Shown: piece by piece, positions 34,675-40,380 of the stretch
Numbering within the stretch: position 1 is the first letter of the stretch
Layout: each line of letters begins with the position of its first letter
Assembly (NCBI GenBank): GCA_025450155.1
Contig: JANWIB010000008.1
Location: 1-40,380, forward strand
Length of the DNA stretch: 40,380 nucleotides
Source: Sphingobacteriaceae bacterium
Lineage (GTDB): Bacteria; Bacteroidota; Bacteroidia; Sphingobacteriales; Sphingobacteriaceae
Direction of reading: 5' to 3'
The notes under the pieces: model-generated
Seen by the model: only the letters and a program-made list of their open reading frames with translations
Databases searched by the model: none
What the model was told of the DNA's origin: nothing
Made by a program: the position numbers and the translations under genes

Positions 34675-35295
34675 ATGAAAAAAAGCATTCTACCACTTAT
34701 TGTTCTTTTAATTACCTCTTTTTTTAGCAAAGCACAAAATACCGAAAGTATTTATCATTTTATGAATGAAACCATAACACTCTCACCAAGAGAGAATAGT
34801 GACATTCGTTCGGATTGGGGGATATTTTTTAGTTCTAAACTCTATACTATTGATGAAAGAATTTATGATAAAATTGATTATGAGGGATTTTATAAATGCA
34901 ACATTCCCATTGACATTTTGGATGAATTAAAAAATAAAGCTAAAAAGCTAGATACCACCTGGCAAAACAAGTTTAAATGGCAGAAAAAGGACATCAAAAA
35001 GTTTATTGTAGTAAACTCTGATAAAAACATTCCGATAAGCGCTTTAGATAAATTAACCCTCACGAGTAACGAAAAGAAGCAGGCTTTAAAATGGATTAAG
35101 GAATGGAACAAAACCCCTCTTAATGAAAGGTTGATTAATTATGCAAGCGTTCCCGTTTTGTCTGATGATGGGAAATATGCATTAGTGATTAGAGGACAAT
35201 CTACTGGAAGTATGGGTTGGGATTCGGTATTTATTTATAGCAAGGTGACTGGAAAATGGAAAATTATCGGATCAAGAAAGATTACTACCTTATAA
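34675..35295 (+). CDS. Hypothetical secreted protein
   Basis: Signal peptide MKKSILPLIVLLITSFFSKAQ. No family recognised. Confidence 0.55.
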   Translation: MKKSILPLIVLLITSFFSKAQNTESIYHFMNETITLSPRENSDIRSDWGIFFSSKLYTIDERIYDKIDYEGFYKCNIPIDILDELKNKAKKLDTTWQNKFKWQKKDIKKFIVVNSDKNIPISALDKLTLTSNEKKQALKWIKEWNKTPLNERLINYASVPVLSDDGKYALVIRGQSTGSMGWDSVFIYSKVTGKWKIIGSRKITTL

Positions 35296-35298
35296 AAC

Positions 35299-35949
35299 CT
35301 ACCTTAAATCCACTATTTCTACTCCCGGATAGTTTTTCTTATCAAAAGAGAAAAATGAATCGGAAATTTTAACAGTAGAAGTAAATGAATTGATAGTATA
35401 GGTATACCGGCTGCCATTTTTATCAAAAATAACAGCGCTCTTAATTTGTTTATTCAACTTACCAATGCTTAATCTTATCTTAAAAAACGAACTTTTACTA
35501 TCTATAGGGGTCAGGTCAATCGTATGATAACTAAGGCCATTACTTTTAGTATCGCCCAAGTAGATGTATTTGTATCCTTTTTCGTAAATGGTATAAATTT
35601 TAGCCGGATTTAACGCATTGGGGCTATTATCTACCTCGTTAATTTGCACTTCTTTATCATCTTTTAAATACGTCCATTGGCTTTTTCCATCACTCATTAA
35701 TTCCTGATCGTCCAACATTATCTTATACTTATTTGTATTTGATTGAACGAAAAATGTTCCTTGCTTAGTTTCTTTGACATTCGCTTGAGGGTTATTTATA
35801 GCATAAGTAAATTCGGTTCTTATTACATTATACGAGCGATACTTTTTACTTACCTCTGCTAAGATTGTTTTTGCCTTGGCATCTTTTTGTGCGAACAATG
35901 CAGTGGTCGAACCTAATATCCCTATCACTAATAAAATCACTTTTCTCAT
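35299..35949 (-). CDS. lolA: LolA-like outer-membrane lipoprotein carrier protein
   Basis: Signal peptide present. Length is 216 aa. The LolA-like pattern is AKTILAEVSKKY...GTFFVQ..NKYKI. It lies directly downstream of ftsK, as is common in Bacteroidota. Confidence 0.7.
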   Translation of the reverse strand: MRKVILLVIGILGSTTALFAQKDAKAKTILAEVSKKYRSYNVIRTEFTYAINNPQANVKETKQGTFFVQSNTNKYKIMLDDQELMSDGKSQWTYLKDDKEVQINEVDNSPNALNPAKIYTIYEKGYKYIYLGDTKSNGLSYHTIDLTPIDSKSSFFKIRLSIGKLNKQIKSAVIFDKNGSRYTYTINSFTSTVKISDSFFSFDKKNYPGVEIVDLR

Positions 35950-35969
35950 TATTTTACCTATTTATTCGC

Positions 35970-38528
35970 TTATTCTTTATTATTCAGATTATTGAGAAAT
36001 TGCTCTAAAGCATATTCATCAGGAATTAAAACTTCTCGTGCCTTACTTCCCTCAAAAGGACCTACCACGCCAGCCGCTTCTAATTGGTCTATCAACCGCC
36101 CGGCTCTGTTATAACCCAATTTCAATTTTCGCTGGATAAGCGAAGTTGAACCTTGCTGATGTAAAACAATTAAACGGGCTGCATCTTCAAATAAGGGATC
36201 GCGATCATCAGGATCAAAATCCTTGATGCTCCCCCCCTCTCCACTTTCATCAATATATTCGGGTAAATACCAGGCAGAAGCATATCCACGTTGCGAACCA
36301 ATGAATTCAGATATTTTTTCCACCTCGGGCGTATCCACAAAAGCACATTGAATACGAATCAAATCACTCCCGGTGGACAAAAGCATATCTCCACGGCCAA
36401 TTAACTGGTCGGCTCCTCCGGTATCCAAGATGGTTCTTGAGTCTATCTTCGACAATACTCTGAATGCCAACCGTGCAGGAAAGTTTGCTTTAATAGTCCC
36501 GGTAATAATATTTACTGAGGGCCTTTGGGTAGCAATAACCAGGTGTATTCCCACCGCACGAGCCAATTGCGCTAAACGTGCAATTGGAGTTTCCACTTCT
36601 TTACCTGCAGTCATCATTAAATCAGCAAATTCATCAACAATCAATACGATAAATGGTAAGAAACGATGGCCCTCGTTGGGGTTTAATTTACGGTTGACAA
36701 ATTTTACATTGTACTCTTTAAGATTTCGAACCTGGGCATTTTTAAGCAGATCGTACCGTTGATCCATCTCGATACACAAAGAGTTCAAGGTATTAATTAC
36801 CTTTTTTGTATCGGTAATAATGGCATCTTCTTCGCCGGGAAGCTTGGCCAAAAAATGGCGTTCTATCTGTCTGAATAAGGTTAGTTCAACTTTTTTAGGA
36901 TCAACCAGGACAAACTTTAATTGCGAAGGATGCATCTTATAGAGAAGCGAAACCAGAATGGCATTAATTCCAACAGATTTACCTTGTCCGGTAGCTCCGG
37001 CAACTAATAAGTGAGGCATTTTAGCCAAATCGGCAATGTACACTTCGTTTGAGATGGTCTTTCCCAAAGCGATGGGTAAATCCATGGTAGTATTCTGGAA
37101 CTTTTCAGTTGCCAAAACCGAACGCATAGATACCATCTCGGGATGTGAATTGGGAACCTCTATACCAATAGTCCCCTTCCCCGGCATTGGAGCAATAATA
37201 CGAATTCCTAAAGCCGCAAGGCTTAGAGCAATATCATCCTCTAAGTTTTTGATCTTAGAAATACGAACTCCAGGAGCCGGAATAATCTCATATAAAGTAA
37301 CGGTTGGGCCGATGGTAGCTTTTATCTTATCAATTTCAATACTGTAATGATTCAGCGTTTCAACAATCCTATTTTTATTGGCCTCTAATTCTTCAGCATT
37401 TACAGCTATTTTGCCCGTTCCATGATTTTCTAATAAATCTAATGTTGGTTGACGATAACTCGAAAGCTCGAGTTTTGGATCATATTCGCCAAACTGTTCA
37501 ACCAATGATGCAGCTTTGCTTGCTTCTGTTGACTCTATGATAAGTTCCGGTTCGGGTGAAATAATCTCTGTTAATGGGATTTGATTGGCATGAGTTTCAG
37601 TAAACGAGTCCACTTCATTTTCTGTCGAATTAACAATGAGTTCGTTTGCACCTAAAACTTTTGGAGGCAGAATAACTTCAGTTTCCTCATCATTTTTAAG
37701 TTCAAAGGCTGGTGCAATTCGTTCTTGCTGTAATAAATTCCTATTTAAATCAAATTCAACTGGTTCTGATTTAACTTCATTTTCCAGTTCCATATCGCCT
37801 GTGTCTTCAGGAATGATGTAGTGTTCTTTTTTCTTTCGTTGGGGAAGTTTAAAATCAATGTTATAGGCAATAATCAAGGTAGTTAAGCCCGCAAAACCTA
37901 GCAATCCAGCCACACCCGCATTGCCAATTTGCACTTGCAGTATCTTATTTGTCCAAAAACCAAATTCCCCTTCTAAAAAATGAGGAGAATCCACGAAAAA
38001 CCCATGAAAAAAAGCAAGGGCTAGGGAAATATAAATTAGTAGAAAAAAAGAGTAACCCAGGGTTTTACTTACTGAAAACAACTTTACTCTAACCAATAAC
38101 CAATAACCAATAATGAAAAATACCCCGATAAAGATAAATGATGCTACACCAAACCATTCGTAAATAAACTGATGCGAAAGTAATGCACCAAATTTGCCTA
38201 ACCAATTCTCTACTATAGTGGTTTTTATGCCTAAGGTTTCGAGTTCTTTCTGAGTTTTAAAAAGGTTATTCCATCCACCATTAGCGTCTAATACATAACT
38301 CTGATCCTCTTTCCAAGTAAAAAGATAGGAGGTAAACGCTACCAGAAAATACAATGATATGATAAGAAAAAACAGACCAATTATCTTAATTAGGCGTCCA
38401 TCATTAAAATTAAATTTAGGCAGTATTTCTGTTTTAGCCTTTGGTGCCCTATCCCCCTCGCCTGTAGTTTTACGCTTCGGTTCATCTCGGAATGAATTTG
38501 TTCTAAACTGGTTTCCTCTTAAGGACAT
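35970..38528 (-). CDS. ftsK: DNA translocase FtsK/SpoIIIE
   Basis: N-terminal TM helices, Walker A GATGQGKS, Walker B LIVDEFADL and the C-terminal gamma winged helix (STSLIQRKLKLGYNRAGRLIDQLE). The ATG at 38528 is preferred over the TTG at 38555. Confidence 0.95.
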   Translation of the reverse strand: MSLRGNQFRTNSFRDEPKRKTTGEGDRAPKAKTEILPKFNFNDGRLIKIIGLFFLIISLYFLVAFTSYLFTWKEDQSYVLDANGGWNNLFKTQKELETLGIKTTIVENWLGKFGALLSHQFIYEWFGVASFIFIGVFFIIGYWLLVRVKLFSVSKTLGYSFFLLIYISLALAFFHGFFVDSPHFLEGEFGFWTNKILQVQIGNAGVAGLLGFAGLTTLIIAYNIDFKLPQRKKKEHYIIPEDTGDMELENEVKSEPVEFDLNRNLLQQERIAPAFELKNDEETEVILPPKVLGANELIVNSTENEVDSFTETHANQIPLTEIISPEPELIIESTEASKAASLVEQFGEYDPKLELSSYRQPTLDLLENHGTGKIAVNAEELEANKNRIVETLNHYSIEIDKIKATIGPTVTLYEIIPAPGVRISKIKNLEDDIALSLAALGIRIIAPMPGKGTIGIEVPNSHPEMVSMRSVLATEKFQNTTMDLPIALGKTISNEVYIADLAKMPHLLVAGATGQGKSVGINAILVSLLYKMHPSQLKFVLVDPKKVELTLFRQIERHFLAKLPGEEDAIITDTKKVINTLNSLCIEMDQRYDLLKNAQVRNLKEYNVKFVNRKLNPNEGHRFLPFIVLIVDEFADLMMTAGKEVETPIARLAQLARAVGIHLVIATQRPSVNIITGTIKANFPARLAFRVLSKIDSRTILDTGGADQLIGRGDMLLSTGSDLIRIQCAFVDTPEVEKISEFIGSQRGYASAWYLPEYIDESGEGGSIKDFDPDDRDPLFEDAARLIVLHQQGSTSLIQRKLKLGYNRAGRLIDQLEAAGVVGPFEGSKAREVLIPDEYALEQFLNNLNNKE

Positions 38529-38584
38529 TATAAAGTAAGGGGTTAACAATGACAAATATAGTGTATTATCACCATTAAGTGTGG

Positions 38585-39964
38585 TTATTGTTCACGTTTT
38601 AATCCGTATTTTTCTATTTTACTATACAAATGGCTACGTTGGATATCAATATCATCGGATGTTTTAGATACATTCCAATTATTCTTTTCCAGTTTGTATT
38701 TGATATATTCCCGTTCCGCAAAATCTTTGTATTCCTGAAAGCTGGTAAATTTATCAAAATTAGACTGCAACACTGTGGCTCCGTTTACCTCCGAATGTTG
38801 TGATGCTGATGGATTGGCAAAAGTGTGAACATCATTTTCGGTGATAACTTTATCACTCAAAATAATTAATCGTTCTACCATATTGTGCAATTCGCGGATG
38901 TTACCTGTCCATGGCAAAGCTTTCAGCGCTTCAATAGCACCTTCGCTAAATTTCTTTGCCGATGTACCGTATTCACTACATATTTCCTCACAAAAATTTG
39001 AGACTATTGTTTCAATATCCTCCTTCCGTTCTGCAAGGCTTGGAACGTGAATTAAAATAACGCTAAGACGATGGTAAAGATCCATACGGAAATTACCTAC
39101 TTCGATCTCTTTTAGCAAATCTTTGTTTGTTGCCGCAATTACCCTCACGTCTACCTCAATTTCTTTTTCGCCGCCTACACGGGTAATTTTATTTTCTTGC
39201 AAAGCCCGTAAAACCTTGGCTTGGGCAGATAAACTCATATCGCCGATTTCATCCAAAAAAAGCGTTCCGCCGTTTGCCTGCTCAAATTTACCGATACGTT
39301 GTTTTACCGCTGAGGTAAAAGAACCTTTCTCGTGACCAAATAATTCACTCTCTATCAGCTCTGAAGGGATTGCCGCACAGTTAACTTCAATTAAAGGGGC
39401 ATGCGAGCGGTTTGATTTTTCATGCAACCAACGAGAAACAAGCTCTTTTCCGCTGCCATTAGCACCCATAATCAATACGCGAGCATCTGTTGGCGCAACA
39501 CGCTCAATAGTTTCTTTTATTTTAGTAATGGCTGGGGAGTTTCCTAAAATTTCGCGGGTTTTACTAACTTTTTGCTTAAGTACTTTGGTTTCTGTAACTA
39601 AATTTCCACGCTCTAAAGCATTGCGTACTGTAATAAGTAAGCGGTTTAAATCCGGTGGTTTAGATACAAAATCGTAAGCGCCTTTTTTACTGGCTTCAAC
39701 AGCAGTTTCAATAGTACCGTGGCCAGAAATCATAATAAATGGAAGATCGGGCTTTATTGCCAGTCCTTCAGAAAGGACTTCAATTCCATCCATTTTATTC
39801 ATTTTAATGTCGCAAAGGACAAGATCCAACGGATCTTTTTTGATAATTTCTAAAGCATCTGCCCCGTTGTCAACATCTTCTACATCGTAATCTTCATACT
39901 CTAAAATCTCACGTAAGGTATTGCGTATAGCCCTTTCATCGTCAACAATTAGAATTTTGGCCAT
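38585..39964 (-). CDS. Sigma-54-dependent response regulator (NtrC family: REC, AAA+, Fis-type HTH)
   Basis: REC domain with LVLCDIKM. Walker A GANGSGKE. GAFTGA-like EKGSFTSA. Walker B LFLDEIG. C-terminal HTH SKTSDDIDIQRSHLYSKI. Confidence 0.93.
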   Translation of the reverse strand: MAKILIVDDERAIRNTLREILEYEDYDVEDVDNGADALEIIKKDPLDLVLCDIKMNKMDGIEVLSEGLAIKPDLPFIMISGHGTIETAVEASKKGAYDFVSKPPDLNRLLITVRNALERGNLVTETKVLKQKVSKTREILGNSPAITKIKETIERVAPTDARVLIMGANGSGKELVSRWLHEKSNRSHAPLIEVNCAAIPSELIESELFGHEKGSFTSAVKQRIGKFEQANGGTLFLDEIGDMSLSAQAKVLRALQENKITRVGGEKEIEVDVRVIAATNKDLLKEIEVGNFRMDLYHRLSVILIHVPSLAERKEDIETIVSNFCEEICSEYGTSAKKFSEGAIEALKALPWTGNIRELHNMVERLIILSDKVITENDVHTFANPSASQHSEVNGATVLQSNFDKFTSFQEYKDFAEREYIKYKLEKNNWNVSKTSDDIDIQRSHLYSKIEKYGLKREQ

Positions 39965-40059
39965 TAGAATTTGTTTTAGAAATTGAGGTTTAAACGTTGC
40001 TAAGATAAAGATTGTTTTGCTAATCGTCTGTTTTTTCAGACACTATTCTGTGAAAATAA

Positions 40060-40380
40060 AAAAAGCAAGCCTGTAAGCCGGGTTCTGTTTCCTCTTTCAA
40101 GGATTTCTATCATTTATCTAGCCTTACCATTGCTGGCACGATCTAACGGCCTACCCTCTGACTTGGGCGAGCAGCCCTTAAGCGCCAGTTTATTTGGCCT
40201 TTCAACTCCTGGGGTTTACCCGCAATTTCGGTCGCCCGAAAAGCCGTGAGCTCTTACCTCACGTTTTCACCCTTACCTGTAAACAGGCGGTTTATTTTCT
40301 GTGGCACTTTCCGTCGCCGGCTGAACGGCGCCTTCCTGTTAGGAAGCAGGATGCTCTGTGTTGCCCGGACTTTCCTCTCC
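40060..40380 (-). ncRNA. rnpB: RNase P RNA, bacterial class A, 5'-truncated by the window edge
   Basis: The reverse complement reads GGAGAGGAAAGTCCGGGC...GGTAAGGGTGAAA...GGTAAGAGC...GGGTAAACCCC...AAGGCCAAATA...CTAGATAAATGA...ACAGAACCCGGCTTAC-AGGCTTGC-TTTTTTT. These match the universally conserved P4/J regions of E. coli M1 RNA. About 55-60 nt of the 5' end lie beyond position 40380. Confidence 0.9.

Noticed and set aside
36373-36762. 129-aa plus-strand ORF antisense to ftsK, plus those at 37036-37347 and 37636-37821
   Set aside because: These are embedded in the conserved FtsK motor domain on the opposite strand. They have no recognisable motifs and are probably shadow ORFs.
40130-40150. TGGCAC motifs (for example in CATTGCTGGCACGATC) as sigma-54 -24 elements near the NtrC-type regulator
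   Set aside because: They lie inside the RNase P RNA gene on the wrong strand context and lack a TTGC -12 element at the required 5-nt spacing.
1-40380. Scan for CRISPR arrays, IS elements or transposases, prophage genes, restriction-modification genes, retron/DGR reverse transcriptases and toxin-antitoxin pairs
   Set aside because: I found no direct-repeat/spacer array and no long terminal inverted repeats. No ORF has integrase, transposase, reverse transcriptase, nuclease-helicase or methylase-endonuclease signatures. The window appears to be core chromosome.

Overview
This 40.4 kb window reads as an AT-rich Bacteroidota chromosome segment, probably Sphingobacteriia/Pedobacter-like. That placement is inferred from protein N-termini, the lolA-ftsK pairing, a DUF4296 lipoprotein and TAnnTTTG-type -7 boxes. 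It is dominated by core housekeeping genes: the gyrA 5' end, an EnvC-like LytM protein, ppc, mutS2, yggS, aspartate kinase, a cold-shock protein, a 1-Cys peroxiredoxin, thrS-infC-rpmI-rplT, ftsK, lolA and a sigma-54 response regulator. Two RNA genes are missing from the ORF track: tRNA-Leu(GAG) at 32495-32577 and a 5'-truncated bacterial class A RNase P RNA on the minus strand at the right edge (about 40060-40380). I found no CRISPR array, transposase, integrase, reverse transcriptase, restriction-modification genes or other recognisable defence genes. I also found no long repeats. I cannot honestly point to a clear novel multi-gene system. The least explained parts are these. (1) A very low-GC minus-strand cluster at 4543-6679, holding a TlpA-like thioredoxin, a tiny membrane protein and two tandem paralogous secreted beta-sandwich-like proteins. 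(2) A 0.9 kb AT-rich, gene-poor stretch at 14928-15837 with one orphan ORF, a bidirectional terminator and a near-palindrome. (3) An uncharacterised membrane protein lying just upstream of a DUF72 gene at 23913-25680. (4) Several intergenic palindromes and hairpins, including a perfect 10+10 bp palindrome between the divergent AKR and OPT genes and structured spacers inside the infC-rpmI-rplT operon. All interest scores are modest, and all functional calls rest on motif recognition by eye, not on searches.
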